From Anaerolineae bacterium (GTDB taxonomy: Bacteria > Chloroflexota > Anaerolineae > Anaerolineales > UBA4823), in NCBI GenBank assembly GCA_003130835.1, contig QEXX01000120.1:23997-87996 (forward strand): a DNA stretch of 64,000 bases, read 5' to 3'. The translations under genes and the position numbers were made by a program. Positions 10,394 through 21,402 of this stretch are shown one piece after another; the stretch's first letter is position 1, and each line of letters opens with the position of its first letter. The notes beneath the pieces are model-generated. The model was not told where the DNA came from and made no database searches. It saw only the letters and a list, made by a program, of their open reading frames with translations.

Positions 10394-10441
10394 ATCACAA
10401 AGGGAGGAGGACGAAATGGTCGTTTGAAGCCGCCGTGGGAT

Positions 10442-11410
10442 TTACTCTACCTTTTGAGATTGTTGAATGGGAAAGAGGGTTTCCATTGGAATGCGCACGA
10501 CATCACACCATTCGGCTGAGTGCGGATTGAGTCCACGCACGGCGTTGTGATAAGCCTTCTGCACGGCGCGGGTGATCGGCCCCATGCGGCCGTTGCCAAT
10601 CACCCGGAAATCGATCTCGGTCAGAGCAATGACTTCGGCAGCTGTGCCACAGACAAAGACTTCGTCAGAGATATACAGTTGGTCGCGAGAGATCGGTTGC
10701 TCGATGACGTCAATGCCGAGGTCATTGCACAGGGTAAAAATTGTGTCGCGGGTGATGCCTTCCAAGACTGCAGCAGTAGGTGGCGTATAGACTTTACCCT
10801 TGCGCACCAAAAAGATATTCTCGCCGGTGCATTCAGCGATATAGCCTTGCGGGTCGAGCATAATGGCTTCGTCAAAGCCTAGGCGGGCCGATTCGGTCTT
10901 GGCTAAGACGCTATTGGCATAATTCCCGCTGATCTTGGCTTTGGTCATCATCACATTGGGATGATGGCGGGTGAAGGTCGAAATATTGGCACGAATGCCT
11001 TTTTCCAGCGACTCCTCACCTAAATAATTCTTCCATTCCCACACGGCAATTGCCAATTTGGGTTTGCCGGCGTCAACGCACAGGTTCCAACCGCCTTCGT
11101 CGAGATAAATCATGGGACGAATGTAGCATTCATCGAAGCCATTGGCGGCAACCGTTTGACGCACCGCATTTGCCATTTCCTCTTCGCTATAGGGCAGTTC
11201 TCGAAAACCCAAAACCATTGCCGACTGGGCAAGGCGATGGATGTGCTCCTTCAGGCGAAAGACGGCCGGACCATCGGGGGTAGCATAGCAGCGAATGCCC
11301 TCAAAAACCGCTGTCCCGTAGTGCAGAGCAGGCGTAAGGAAATGTAGAGTGGCTTTCTCAAATTCCACCAGTTGCCCGTCAAACCAGATGTATTTCGATG
11401 TCGGCTTCAT
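10442..11410 (-). CDS. ilvE: Branched-chain amino acid aminotransferase
   Basis: Class IV aminotransferase pattern (FEGIRCY, EECTGENIF, GITR). ATG 11410 lies 10 nt after AGGAGG. Confidence 0.9.
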   Translation of the reverse strand: MKPTSKYIWFDGQLVEFEKATLHFLTPALHYGTAVFEGIRCYATPDGPAVFRLKEHIHRLAQSAMVLGFRELPYSEEEMANAVRQTVAANGFDECYIRPMIYLDEGGWNLCVDAGKPKLAIAVWEWKNYLGEESLEKGIRANISTFTRHHPNVMMTKAKISGNYANSVLAKTESARLGFDEAIMLDPQGYIAECTGENIFLVRKGKVYTPPTAAVLEGITRDTIFTLCNDLGIDVIEQPISRDQLYISDEVFVCGTAAEVIALTEIDFRVIGNGRMGPITRAVQKAYHNAVRGLNPHSAEWCDVVRIPMETLFPIQQSQKVE

Positions 11411-11472
11411 TTTGATCAACCTCCTTTAGTTGTCTAAAAAATGCTAATAGCTGTCCTTGGTAACGCAGCCGT

Positions 11473-12570
11473 TTAGGTCGGAATGGCAGCCGCATCCAAC
11501 TGTTCGATGATCTTGCGTGTCATGGCGGCTGTGTTGGCGCTTCCGCCTAGGTCAGGGCTGAGGATGCCCAAATTCAAGGTCTCCTCCACTGCCCGTTCTA
11601 CTGCCTCAGCTTCCCGTTCTAAGCCCAAGGAATATCGCAAAAGCAGGGCAGCGGATAGGATGGTGCCAACCGGGTTGGCAATTCCTTTGCCGGCGATATC
11701 CGGGGCTGAACCGTGAATGGGTTCATATAAGCCACGCGGCCTTCCATGTCGATTTTGGGTATCGCCAAGCGAAGCCGAAGCCATATTGCCCATCGAGCCG
11801 GTCAACATGGAGGCTTCGTCAGTCAAAATATCTCCAAACATATTTTCGGTTACCAGCACGTCGAAACTGGCTGGACGTTGCAGGAGGTACATTGCCGCCG
11901 CATCGACCAAAAGGTGTTCTAAGGTCACCTGCGGATAATCCTTAGCCACTTCATTGACCACCTTGCGCCATAAACGAGAGGTCTCTAGCACGTTTGCCTT
12001 GTCAATTGAGGTGACCTTGCGTTTTCTCTGACGAGCTAACTCAAAAGCTAATTTAGCCACGCGGCGCACTTCGCTCTCGGTGTAAGCCATCGTATCTACA
12101 GCCCGTTCTTCACCCGCTTCTACCCACCGTCGTTTTGGTTGTCCAAAATAGATGCCGGAGGTCAATTCACGGACAAAGATCAAATCCACCTCGGCAATTT
12201 TCTCCATTTTGAGCGGGGAGGCGTGCAATAAGCGGGGGTGCGGTTTAACCGGGCGCAGATTGGCAAAAACCTCCAGACCCTTGCGGATAGCCAATAAGCC
12301 CTGTTCGGGACGCATGGGCGCATCTGGAGAATCCCATTTTGGCCCGCCCACTGCCCCAAGCAGGACAGCATCGGCTGCTTGGCAGGCCTCAAGGGTAAAG
12401 GGCGGCAGAGGGGTCTGGTATTGGTCAATGGCAGCCCCACCGATGGGGTAATTTTCCATCTCGAAGGTGTGCCCATAAGCGTTCGCCACGGCTTGTAATA
12501 CCGTTTGGGTGGCTTCGATGACTTCCGGGCCGATTCCGTCACCGGGTAAACAGGCAATAATTGCTTTCAT
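11473..12570 (-). CDS. leuB: 3-isopropylmalate dehydrogenase
   Basis: [20 protein letters not shown] and [14 protein letters not shown] signatures. Confidence 0.95.
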   Translation of the reverse strand: MKAIIACLPGDGIGPEVIEATQTVLQAVANAYGHTFEMENYPIGGAAIDQYQTPLPPFTLEACQAADAVLLGAVGGPKWDSPDAPMRPEQGLLAIRKGLEVFANLRPVKPHPRLLHASPLKMEKIAEVDLIFVRELTSGIYFGQPKRRWVEAGEERAVDTMAYTESEVRRVAKLAFELARQRKRKVTSIDKANVLETSRLWRKVVNEVAKDYPQVTLEHLLVDAAAMYLLQRPASFDVLVTENMFGDILTDEASMLTGSMGNMASASLGDTQNRHGRPRGLYEPIHGSAPDIAGKGIANPVGTILSAALLLRYSLGLEREAEAVERAVEETLNLGILSPDLGGSANTAAMTRKIIEQLDAAAIPT

Positions 12571-12581
12571 TCGCTAAAGTC

Positions 12582-14171
12582 TCAGCTTTCAGAATGGGTT
12601 GTATGGTGGGCAAGGGCATATTCAAAACTATCAGCGATTGCCCGCCAACTGGCTTCGATGATATTGGTGCTGGCGCCCACCGTGCTCCAGCGACGGGTGC
12701 CGTTTTTGGTGTCGATCAGCACTCGTACGGCTGAAGCCGTCCCATTTTCGCTATCCACAATGCGCACTTTGTAATCATCGAGGCGCACTGCGCGGATGGC
12801 CGGATAGACGTCCTCTAACGCTTTGCGCAAAGCGGCGTCCAGAGCGTTGACCGGCCCGTTGCCTTCCGCAGCCGTGTGCAGGATGCGATCCCCAACCCGC
12901 ACCTTGACGGTCGCTTCGGCTAACATGCCGCGCCCCTGACGGTGCTCGACGACAACCGTAAAATCGATTAACTCAAAGGGAGGTTGATAACCGGGTTGGG
13001 CGCGTTGGAGCATTACATTGACCGATCCTTCGGCACCTTCAAAAGTAAATCCTTTCGCTTCCAGTTCCTTGATCTCGTTGAGAATGCGGCGAGCTTGCTC
13101 TGGGGTCAGGGATACACCCAGTTCCTGAGCTTTCTCAACCAGATTGCCTCGCCCGGAGAGTTCAGAGACAACCGAGCGACGTTGATTACCCACTAACTTG
13201 GGATCGATGTGCTGATAGGACTCTTCGTGCTTCAGCATGGCTGCCACGTGGATGCCGCCCTTATGGGTGAAGGCGCTGGCGCCTACATAAGGCTGATGAC
13301 GGTCGTGGGGCAAATTGGCAACCTCAGAGACAAAGTTGGATAGCTCAGTTAAGCGAGCTAACTGGTCATCGGATACACAACGTTTGCCCATCTTGAGTTG
13401 TAAACTGGCGGTAACGGCGCACAAATCCGCGTTACCAACCCGCTCACCATAGCCATTGATCGTCCCTTGCACGTGAACCGCCCCGGCTCGAACTGCTGCC
13501 AGAGTGTTGGCTACTCCACAGCCGCTGTCATTATGACAATGAATGCCCAACGGGGTGCCAATTTGCGCTTTGACTTCCCGGACAATTTGTTCAATCTCCC
13601 AGGGCAGGCAGCCGCCATTGGTGTCGCACAACACGATCACATCTGCCCCGTTTTGCTCGGCCGCCCGCAGGGTCTCTAGGGCATAGTTGGGGTCTGCTTT
13701 GTAGCCATCGAAAAAGTGTTCCGCGTCATAAATAACTTCTTTCCCCTGCGCTTTCATAAAGGCGACACTGCTGCCAATCATGCGCAGGTTTTCTTCTAAC
13801 GTCGTCTCCAACACATGAAAGACATGCAAATCCCAACTTTTGCCTACCAGCGTAACCACCGGCGTTTGGGCTTGCAACAAGGCTTGAATGTTGGCATCGT
13901 CTTCGGGAGGCGTGTCTTTGCGGGTGGTGGAACCAAAGGCGGCAATTTTGGCGTTTTGCCAGCTCATTTTGGCGGCTCGTTCAAAGAAGCGCGCATCTTT
14001 GGGATTTGAGCCTGGCCATCCGCCTTCGATATAGTGGACCCCGAAGCGATCGAGACGTTCAGCAATGCGAATCTTATCTTCCAGCGAATAGGAAATGCCC
14101 TCGCGCTGGGAACCATCGCGCAGGGTGGTGTCATAAAGAAAAACATCGGGGGAAGATTCATGCGAAGTCAT
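12582..14171 (-). CDS. cimA: (R)-citramalate synthase (long LeuA/CimA family member)
   Basis: DTTLRDGSQ, HCHNDSG, and a C-terminal LeuA-dimer regulatory domain. It is a 529-aa second paralog beside a canonical leuA. The CimA versus LeuA assignment is an inference. Confidence 0.75.
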   Translation of the reverse strand: MTSHESSPDVFLYDTTLRDGSQREGISYSLEDKIRIAERLDRFGVHYIEGGWPGSNPKDARFFERAAKMSWQNAKIAAFGSTTRKDTPPEDDANIQALLQAQTPVVTLVGKSWDLHVFHVLETTLEENLRMIGSSVAFMKAQGKEVIYDAEHFFDGYKADPNYALETLRAAEQNGADVIVLCDTNGGCLPWEIEQIVREVKAQIGTPLGIHCHNDSGCGVANTLAAVRAGAVHVQGTINGYGERVGNADLCAVTASLQLKMGKRCVSDDQLARLTELSNFVSEVANLPHDRHQPYVGASAFTHKGGIHVAAMLKHEESYQHIDPKLVGNQRRSVVSELSGRGNLVEKAQELGVSLTPEQARRILNEIKELEAKGFTFEGAEGSVNVMLQRAQPGYQPPFELIDFTVVVEHRQGRGMLAEATVKVRVGDRILHTAAEGNGPVNALDAALRKALEDVYPAIRAVRLDDYKVRIVDSENGTASAVRVLIDTKNGTRRWSTVGASTNIIEASWRAIADSFEYALAHHTTHSES

Positions 14172-14802
14172 AGCGCCTCACTCCAAAAGGATAAGCTCGT
14201 TCAGAATGTTCGTAGGCATCGATTTGAGCCGAGAAATCGAGCAAATAGCCTAGCGAGTCTAGACCTTTTAACAGACAAGTTTTATGGAAAGCTTCAATCG
14301 GAAAGTGGGCTTGAGAACCATCTGGCAGAGTTAGGGTTTGCGAAGCCAAATCAATCGTGATTGCCCAAGCCTGTGTTGCTCCTTCCTGTTGACGCTCTTG
14401 CTCGACCAGGTCAACCAGGCGCGCGTGGGTTTGTTGATCTACTTGGACCGGCAATAGACCGTTCTTGAGGGCATTATTGCGGAAGATGTCAGCAAAGGAG
14501 GTGCTGATGACAGCGCGGATGTTCCAAGCCATCAGCGCCCAAGGGGCGTGTTCCCGAGAGGAACCGCAGCCGAAATTATCCCCGGCCAATAAAATTTGGC
14601 GTCCCTGATAACGCGCTTGGTTGAGCGGAAAATCCGGATTTGGCGAGCCATCGGCTAGATAGCGCCAGCGGGCAAACAAACCTTCGGCTAAACCATTTTT
14701 ATCGGTCACCTTCAAGTAGCGAGCAGGAATAATCTGGTCGGTGTCGATGTCATTATGTAAGATGGGAAGGATCGCCGAGGTCAGACGCTCAAAGGGTTGC
14801 AT
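14158..14802 (-). CDS. leuD: 3-isopropylmalate dehydratase small subunit
   Basis: NFGCGSSREHAPWAL motif. Directly abuts leuC. Confidence 0.9.
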   Translation of the reverse strand: MQPFERLTSAILPILHNDIDTDQIIPARYLKVTDKNGLAEGLFARWRYLADGSPNPDFPLNQARYQGRQILLAGDNFGCGSSREHAPWALMAWNIRAVISTSFADIFRNNALKNGLLPVQVDQQTHARLVDLVEQERQQEGATQAWAITIDLASQTLTLPDGSQAHFPIEAFHKTCLLKGLDSLGYLLDFSAQIDAYEHSERAYPFGVRRYDFA

Positions 14803-16206
14803 TTATATACTCCTTGGATCGGTGATACGCCCGCGAATGGCGGCTGCGGCTGCGGTCAAAGGGCTTGCCAATAGGGTACGTCCGCCATCCCCTTGGCGGC
14901 CTTCAAAATTGCGGTTACTGGTGCTCACAGCAACTTGACCGGGCTGCAACTGATCGCCGTTCATCGCGATACACAGGCTGCAGCCGGCGTAACGCCATTC
15001 TCCGCCGGCTTCTAAGAAGATGCGGTGTAAGCCCTCCGCTTCAGCTTGGCGGCGCACGCTTTCTGAGCCTGGCACCACAATTAGGCGTACCCCCTCGGCG
15101 ACCTTGCGCCCTTTGAGCAATGTGGCTGCTTGGCGCAGGTCGGTGAGGCGGGAATTGGTGCAACTTCCGATAAAGACCACATCTACCGGCTGGCCTAGCA
15201 TCGGTTGGTTGGGCTGAAATCCCATATAACGCAAGGCTTTTTCAAGCGCAGCGCGCTTTTCAGCGTTTTTCTCTTGCTGTGGGTCCGGAATGCGCCCGCT
15301 GATCGGAATGCCCATGCCCGGGTTCGTGCCGTAGGTGATCATCGGCTCCAATTTTGAGACATCAATGGTCACCTGACGGTCATATTGTGCGCCAGGGTCG
15401 GATGGCAAACTGCGCCAATAGGCAAGCATCTGTTCCCATGCTTCTCCTTTCGGAGCGAAGGGGCGATTGGCGAGATATTCAAACGTGGTGTCATCTGGGG
15501 CGATCATCCCGGCCCGCGCGCCACCCTCAATGGACATATTGCACAAGGTCATGCGTTCTTCCATGTTGAGCGCTTGGACAGCTTCCCCGCAATACTCAAA
15601 GACATGCCCGGTGCCACCGCCGACGCCGATTTGGGCAATGAGGGCGAGAATCATATCTTTGGAGGTTACGCCGGGTTGCAAACGTCCCTCGAAGACGACT
15701 TGATAGGTCTTGGGGCGGTATTGGAGCAGACATTGGGTTGCCAATACCAGCTCCACTTCACTGGTGCCGATGCCAAAAGCCAGCGCGCCGAAGGCGCCAT
15801 GCGTTGCTGTATGGCTGTCGCCGCACACAATGGTCATGCCCGGTTGGGTGAATCCCAACTCTGGACCAATGACATGTACAATGCCGCGTTGCTCGTCTCC
15901 CAAATCGTATAGGCGAATGCCGAAATCCGCGCAGTTACGGCGCAGTTGCTCGAGTTGCTTGGCACCTTGAGCATCGATGGCACTTAACGAAAGGTCTTTG
16001 GTGGGGGTGGAGTGGTCCATGGTCGCCACACAGCGATCCGGTCGGCGTACCTTTAACCCTCGCTGGCGCAAACCCTGAAAGGCTTGCGGTGAAGTGACCT
16101 CGTGAATCAGGTGAAGGTCAATGTACAGCACAGCGGGAGAGCCTGGCTCTTCCACCACGACATGCTGATCCCAAATCTTTTCGAATAACGTTTTTGGTCT
16201 GCTCAT
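14803..16206 (-). CDS. leuC: 3-isopropylmalate dehydratase large subunit
   Basis: Aconitase-family motifs ([22 protein letters not shown]). The start is moved to ATG 16206 ([15 protein letters not shown]), the conserved LeuC N-terminus. Confidence 0.95.
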   Translation of the reverse strand: MSRPKTLFEKIWDQHVVVEEPGSPAVLYIDLHLIHEVTSPQAFQGLRQRGLKVRRPDRCVATMDHSTPTKDLSLSAIDAQGAKQLEQLRRNCADFGIRLYDLGDEQRGIVHVIGPELGFTQPGMTIVCGDSHTATHGAFGALAFGIGTSEVELVLATQCLLQYRPKTYQVVFEGRLQPGVTSKDMILALIAQIGVGGGTGHVFEYCGEAVQALNMEERMTLCNMSIEGGARAGMIAPDDTTFEYLANRPFAPKGEAWEQMLAYWRSLPSDPGAQYDRQVTIDVSKLEPMITYGTNPGMGIPISGRIPDPQQEKNAEKRAALEKALRYMGFQPNQPMLGQPVDVVFIGSCTNSRLTDLRQAATLLKGRKVAEGVRLIVVPGSESVRRQAEAEGLHRIFLEAGGEWRYAGCSLCIAMNGDQLQPGQVAVSTSNRNFEGRQGDGGRTLLASPLTAAAAAIRGRITDPRSI

Positions 16207-16210
16207 CTTC

Positions 16211-16486
16211 CTAAAAAGCTGCAAAGGAATCGCAACGATAGGTATCGTCATCGGGATAGTGACGGCTGATGTGCCAATCATCAAAGGCGCTGGAGGGCAG
16301 TGTTGCTCCAGGGCGGTCTTCGCCAGTTTGTGCAGCGCTAACCGCTCGCGTTTGGCGGTCGGCTTTGAAGTAGCCATTCTGCTCGGTAATCGAGGTCATA
16401 TCCCAATAGCGAGGATAAAGGCGCATGCGGTGATAATCTCCTAAGTACGGGGGGTTGGTCGAACGGGGCGATTCTTTCTTAGCCAT
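16211..16486 (-). CDS. Small hypothetical protein (91 aa) between pckA and leuC
   Basis: ATG 16486 is preceded by AAGGAG with an 8-nt spacer. The ORF fills the pckA-leuC gap exactly, with its stop 4 nt before the leuC start. No family recognised. Confidence 0.45.
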   Translation of the reverse strand: MAKKESPRSTNPPYLGDYHRMRLYPRYWDMTSITEQNGYFKADRQTRAVSAAQTGEDRPGATLPSSAFDDWHISRHYPDDDTYRCDSFAAF

Positions 16487-16511
16487 TTCTTTTGCTCCTT
16501 TTCTTAGTTCT

Positions 16512-18116
16512 CTAAATCGTTGACATGACCATGTTGATTTTGACATCCACATAGCGTTCGAATTGACGGAAGTTTTCGCGGAACAAGTCTGCCAAGTGTT
16601 CAGCCGTTTGATCATACGCTTTCGGGTCTTGCCAGGTATTGCGGGGCACTAACAACTCATCAGGTACATCTGGACAGTGTTGAGGTACGTCCAGGTTGAA
16701 GTAAGGAATGCGTTGATAGGGCACATCCTCCAACTTCCCTTGCATTGCCGCAGTGACCATGGCACGGGTATAAGGCAAAGGCATCCGTTGTCCGATGCCA
16801 TAAGGCCCCCCGGTCCAACCTGTGTTCACCAGCCACACCTGAGTGTCATGCTTTTGCAGTTTCTCTGCCAACATCTGGGCATAGCGCGCGGGATGCAAGG
16901 GCATGAATGGCGCTCCAAAGCAGGTTGAGAAGGTTGCTTGTGGTTCCTTCCCCAAACCTTTTTCGGTGCCGGCCAATTTCGAGGTATAGCCGGACAGGAA
17001 ATAATAAATCGCTTGTGAATGGTCAAGACGGGCAATGGGAGGCAACACCCCATACGCATCGGCTGTCAAGAAAAAGATATTTTTAGGATGGCCGGCAACA
17101 CCGTTTGGGACGATGTTATCAAGAAAGCCAATTGGATAAGCCGCCCGCGTGTTCTCGGTATAGGAATCATCGTCGAAGTCAACCCGGCGCGTGTAAGAGT
17201 CGATGGCGGCATTTTCAATCACAGTTCCAAAGTGGCGCGTGGCTTTCCAAATTAACGGTTCGTACTCTTTGGAAAGGCGGATCACTTTTGCGTAACAGCC
17301 ACCTTCGAAATTAAAAACTCCATCTTCTCCCCAGCCGTGTTCATCATCGCCGACCATTTTGCGTTGAGGGTCGGAAGAAAGCGTTGTTTTCCCCGTTCCA
17401 GAAAGGCCAAAGAACAGAGCGACATCACCTTGCTCCCCAACCGTTGCCGAACAGTGCATCGGTAGAACATCTTGCTGGGGGAGGAGGTAATTCATTGCTG
17501 TAAACATGGCTTTTTTGATCTCACCGGCGTACCCTGTGCCGCCGATGAGCGCCATCCGTTTGGAAAAGTTCAAGATGATAAAAACATCCGAGTTTAACCC
17601 ATCCAGATCTGGGATTGCCCGAAAGTTAGGCGCATGAAGGATGGTAAATTGTGGCACATGATTCGGTAATTCCTGCGGATTACAACGAATGAAGACATTG
17701 CGGGCGAATAGGCTGTGCCAGGCATTTTCGGTGATCACCCGAATCGGCAACCGATAGCGTGGATGAGCACAAATGGTTGTGTCTTGGACAAAAACATCCC
17801 GACCTTGAAAATAAGCTGTCATCCGTAAATGGAGTTGCTCAAAACGGGTTGGATCGAGAGGCTGATTGATCTTGCTCCAATTGACCCGCTCAGCACTTTC
17901 CAAATCGGAAACGATATACTTATCATTCGGCGCTCTGCCGGTATAAACACCCGTGCGCACGACAATGGCGCCCTCATGCGCTAAAACACCTTCACGACGA
18001 GAGACAATCCGCTCAACCAATGCCGGAGTTGGCAGAGTCCAATATTCCATATTTAAATTTCTTAAGCCATGATTTTCCAAGCCGTAACGGCTGGGAATAC
18101 CCATCGTATTGCTCAT
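16512..18116 (-). CDS. pckA: Phosphoenolpyruvate carboxykinase (ATP)
   Basis: [11 protein letters not shown] kinase-1a loop, DDEHGW, and the [10 protein letters not shown] signature. Its ATG overlaps the leuA stop (ATGA). Confidence 0.95.
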   Translation of the reverse strand: MSNTMGIPSRYGLENHGLRNLNMEYWTLPTPALVERIVSRREGVLAHEGAIVVRTGVYTGRAPNDKYIVSDLESAERVNWSKINQPLDPTRFEQLHLRMTAYFQGRDVFVQDTTICAHPRYRLPIRVITENAWHSLFARNVFIRCNPQELPNHVPQFTILHAPNFRAIPDLDGLNSDVFIILNFSKRMALIGGTGYAGEIKKAMFTAMNYLLPQQDVLPMHCSATVGEQGDVALFFGLSGTGKTTLSSDPQRKMVGDDEHGWGEDGVFNFEGGCYAKVIRLSKEYEPLIWKATRHFGTVIENAAIDSYTRRVDFDDDSYTENTRAAYPIGFLDNIVPNGVAGHPKNIFFLTADAYGVLPPIARLDHSQAIYYFLSGYTSKLAGTEKGLGKEPQATFSTCFGAPFMPLHPARYAQMLAEKLQKHDTQVWLVNTGWTGGPYGIGQRMPLPYTRAMVTAAMQGKLEDVPYQRIPYFNLDVPQHCPDVPDELLVPRNTWQDPKAYDQTAEHLADLFRENFRQFERYVDVKINMVMSTI

Positions 18117-19759
18117 TGGGCTTGATTGCCTCCGTTTTTTGAAAACCCGCTTGCCATGAGCAGTTTATTCAATGCAGCCAAGTAAGCCTTGGCAGCAGCG
18201 ACGATGATATCGGTGTCGGCGCCATAGCCGCCGAAGGTGCGCGTGCGGGTCTGACCGTTTTGAGGCGAGGTGCGCTCGTGCAGGCTGGGATTTTCCGCTT
18301 GAAGGCGCACGGTTACTTCACCCAAGGCATCGATTCCTTCTGTTACTGCATGAACATTGAACTCTAACAAGGTATTGGGAGCACCGACAATGGCATCAAT
18401 GGCACGGTAGGTTGCATGCACAGGCCCGGTGCCTACAGCAGCGTGTATCTGAGTCTGCCCATCAGGACCACGCAAGCGCACTGTGGCGGTAGGCATCCCC
18501 ATCGTGCCACATGCCACCTGTAATCCATCCAGAGTATAGAACTCTTCACCGCGGCTTGCCTGGTCGCCTACCAAGGCTTCTAGGTCTGCTTCGGTGATCA
18601 CTTTCTTTTTATCTGCCAGTTCTTTATAGCGCTCAAAGGCAGCGTCCAGTTCTTCTTTGGTGAGTTGGTAACCCAGTTCTTCCAAATGCACGCGCAAGGC
18701 GTGTCGGCCGGAATGCTTGCCCATCACCAGTTTGGAGCGCCCCAAACCGATCGTTTCTGGGCGCATAATCTCATAGGTTTCCTGATGCTTCAACATACCA
18801 TCTTGATGAATGCCGGCTTCATGAGCAAAGGCATTGGCGCCGACAATAGCTTTGTTGGGTTGCACCGGGATGCCGGTATAGGTTGAAACCATGCGACTGA
18901 CGCGGGTGATTTGGGTCGTGTCGATGCCGGTGGTCAGTCCGAACAAGGCGCGGCGGGTATGCAGAGTCATAACGACTTCCTCTAGGGAGGTGTTCCCCGC
19001 CCGTTCGCCAATCCCGTTAATGGTCACCTCTGCTTGGCGGGCGCCGGCGCGAATGCCAGCAATGGTATTTGCGGTTGCTAAGCCAAGGTCGTTATGGCAA
19101 TGCACCGAGACAATGGCTTTCTCAATGCCATCGGTATTGGCGATAATGTTGCGGATCAGGTTGCCAAATTCGTCTGGGGTGGTGTACCCGACGGTATCGG
19201 GAATATTGATCGTCGTCGCACCGGCTTTGATGGCTTCCGATAGAACAAGGTAGAGGAACTCGGGTTCACTGCGCCCGGCATCTTCCGGTGAGAACTCGAC
19301 ATCTTCACACAGGCTACGGGCGTAAGCCACCATTTCTTTGACCCGCTCGACCACTTCTTCCGCATCCATGCGCAGTTTATAGCGCATGTGGATCGGTGAG
19401 GTGGCAATGAAAGTATGGATGCGCGGATGGGCTGCATATTTCACTGCATTCCAAGCTGCGTCAATGTCCTGCTTATTAGCACGTGCCAAACCACAGATGA
19501 TCGGCACCCGACGTGTGGTTTCGCCTTCGCCCCACACGGTATTGCCTACCTGCTCGGCGATCATGCGTACCCCTTCAGCATCATCGGGCGAGGCAGCCGG
19601 AAAGCCGGCTTCGATGACATCCACGCCAAGGCGAGCTAGGGCGCGGGCGATCTCCAGCTTTTCCGCCGAGGTCAAACTTGCGCCCGGCGATTGTTCCCCA
19701 TCCCGCAAGGTGGTGTCAAAGATGCGAACGTAATTGGGTTGAATGGTTGTCGGGTTCAT
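18113..19759 (-). CDS. leuA: 2-isopropylmalate synthase
   Basis: [22 protein letters not shown], and a C-terminal LeuA allosteric domain. Start taken at ATG 19759 (MNPTT). Confidence 0.9.
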   Translation of the reverse strand: MNPTTIQPNYVRIFDTTLRDGEQSPGASLTSAEKLEIARALARLGVDVIEAGFPAASPDDAEGVRMIAEQVGNTVWGEGETTRRVPIICGLARANKQDIDAAWNAVKYAAHPRIHTFIATSPIHMRYKLRMDAEEVVERVKEMVAYARSLCEDVEFSPEDAGRSEPEFLYLVLSEAIKAGATTINIPDTVGYTTPDEFGNLIRNIIANTDGIEKAIVSVHCHNDLGLATANTIAGIRAGARQAEVTINGIGERAGNTSLEEVVMTLHTRRALFGLTTGIDTTQITRVSRMVSTYTGIPVQPNKAIVGANAFAHEAGIHQDGMLKHQETYEIMRPETIGLGRSKLVMGKHSGRHALRVHLEELGYQLTKEELDAAFERYKELADKKKVITEADLEALVGDQASRGEEFYTLDGLQVACGTMGMPTATVRLRGPDGQTQIHAAVGTGPVHATYRAIDAIVGAPNTLLEFNVHAVTEGIDALGEVTVRLQAENPSLHERTSPQNGQTRTRTFGGYGADTDIIVAAAKAYLAALNKLLMASGFSKNGGNQAQ

Positions 19760-19788
19760 CGCTTCTTCACCTTGTGCTTTCAAAGGGA

Positions 19789-20802
19789 TTATTCACCTGG
19801 CCGGATTTCAACGGGTTGAATGAATGGCATCATGCGGCGTAATTCAGCGCCAACCTTTTCGATTAGGTGATTCTGTTCTTGCTTGCGCCGTTCGTTGAAC
19901 CACGGACGACCGTTTTGGTTTTCCTCGATCCAACGTTGGGCGTAGGTGCCATCTTGGATGTCCTTCAGCAATTGCCACATGGTGTGACGAGTCTCTTCGG
20001 TAATCAAGCGCGGTCCGGCTGTGTAATCGCCATGCTCGGCGGTGTCGGAAACCGAATAGCGCATGTAGTTCAAGCCGCCGCGATACATCAGATCGACAAT
20101 CAATTTCAATTCATGCAGGCATTCAAAATAAGCCAGTTCGGGTTGATAGCCGGCTTCGACCAATGTCTCAAAGCCGGCTTTAACCAAAGCTGTCACACCA
20201 CCACACAAGACAGCCTGTTCCCCGAACAGATCAGTTTCGGTCTCTTCGGCAAAAGTGGTTTCCAATACTCCTGCGCGGGTGGCGCCGAGCGCATAGGCGT
20301 AAGAGAGCGCTTCGGCTTTGGCACGCCCGCTCGCATCCTGATGGACGGCTAAGAGCGATGGCGTTCCCCCGCCTTCAACATAGATTTCGCGCACGCGATG
20401 TCCGGGCGCTTTTGGAGCGACCATGCTGACATCCACGTCATGAGGGGGTTGAATCGTCCCGTAACGGATGTTAAACCCATGCGCAAACATCAAGGTCTTG
20501 CCGGCCGTCAGGTAGGGAGCAATGGATTCTGCATATACCTTGGGTTGCTCGGTATCCGGTAAAAGCAGCATGATCATATCGGCTTCCTGAACAGCTTGTG
20601 CCACTTCTCGCACCGGCAGTCCATGTTGCTCTGCCTTTTGCCAGCTTTTGCTGCCTTGCCGCAACCCGACTCGTACGTCCACACCGCTATCGTGTAAGTT
20701 TAGCGCGTGGGCATGTCCTTGCGATCCAAAACCGATGATGGCGACTTTTTTCTGGCGGATCAGAGTAGGGTCAACATCCTGATCGTAGTAAATCTTTGCC
20801 AT
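19789..20802 (-). CDS. ilvC: Ketol-acid reductoisomerase
   Basis: [15 protein letters not shown] Rossmann motif and [11 protein letters not shown]. Confidence 0.95.
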   Translation of the reverse strand: MAKIYYDQDVDPTLIRQKKVAIIGFGSQGHAHALNLHDSGVDVRVGLRQGSKSWQKAEQHGLPVREVAQAVQEADMIMLLLPDTEQPKVYAESIAPYLTAGKTLMFAHGFNIRYGTIQPPHDVDVSMVAPKAPGHRVREIYVEGGGTPSLLAVHQDASGRAKAEALSYAYALGATRAGVLETTFAEETETDLFGEQAVLCGGVTALVKAGFETLVEAGYQPELAYFECLHELKLIVDLMYRGGLNYMRYSVSDTAEHGDYTAGPRLITEETRHTMWQLLKDIQDGTYAQRWIEENQNGRPWFNERRKQEQNHLIEKVGAELRRMMPFIQPVEIRPGE

Positions 20803-20825
20803 ACAATTCCTTTCACAAGCAGGGA

Positions 20826-21374
20826 TTAGTCGAACTCGAGCACTTCTTCGGGATGATGGCCGTTAGAACCGGCGCCGGGTGTATGGCGCACCGGTTCGTA
20901 TCCACCGCGCAACATGGCAACTTGCCCGGTGCGCACCATTTCGAGAATGCCGAACGGCCGCAATAACTCAATTAGGCTCTCGATCTTGTCTTCTGTGCCG
21001 GTGATTTCCACGATCACCGAATCGGCTGCCACATCCACAATGCGCCCGCGGAAAATCGACGCCAGATTGGCGATCTCGGCGCGCTGGTCAAGAGCAGCTT
21101 TAACTTTGATCAACGCCAAATCGCGGATGACCGCCGGCTGCGTAGAAACGTCCTGCACGTCAATGACATTGACCAACTTATAGAGATTGGCTTCAACTTT
21201 TCGGGCATCCACCTCATCGCTGTTGATCACAATCGTCATGCGCGAAATGTCCTTACGATCGGTGTGACCGACATTCAGCGATTCGATGTTAAAGTTGCGG
21301 CGTCGAAATAGGGATGCCACGCGGTTCAAGACGCCGGGTTTGTTTTCTACTAAAGCAATCAACGTGTGTTGCAT
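20826..21374 (-). CDS. ilvN: Acetolactate synthase small (regulatory) subunit
   Basis: ACT domain start [12 protein letters not shown] and a size of 182 aa. Confidence 0.9.
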   Translation of the reverse strand: MQHTLIALVENKPGVLNRVASLFRRRNFNIESLNVGHTDRKDISRMTIVINSDEVDARKVEANLYKLVNVIDVQDVSTQPAVIRDLALIKVKAALDQRAEIANLASIFRGRIVDVAADSVIVEITGTEDKIESLIELLRPFGILEMVRTGQVAMLRGGYEPVRHTPGAGSNGHHPEEVLEFD

Positions 21375-21402
21375 CTTAGCCTCCGCAAATGAACCGAACA
21401 GA

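Noticed and set aside
16207-16377. 57-codon N-terminal extension of leuC in the ORF track
   Set aside because: The conserved LeuC N-terminus [15 protein letters not shown] starts at ATG 16206. The extension overlaps the better-supported 91-aa ORF region and has no homology signal.
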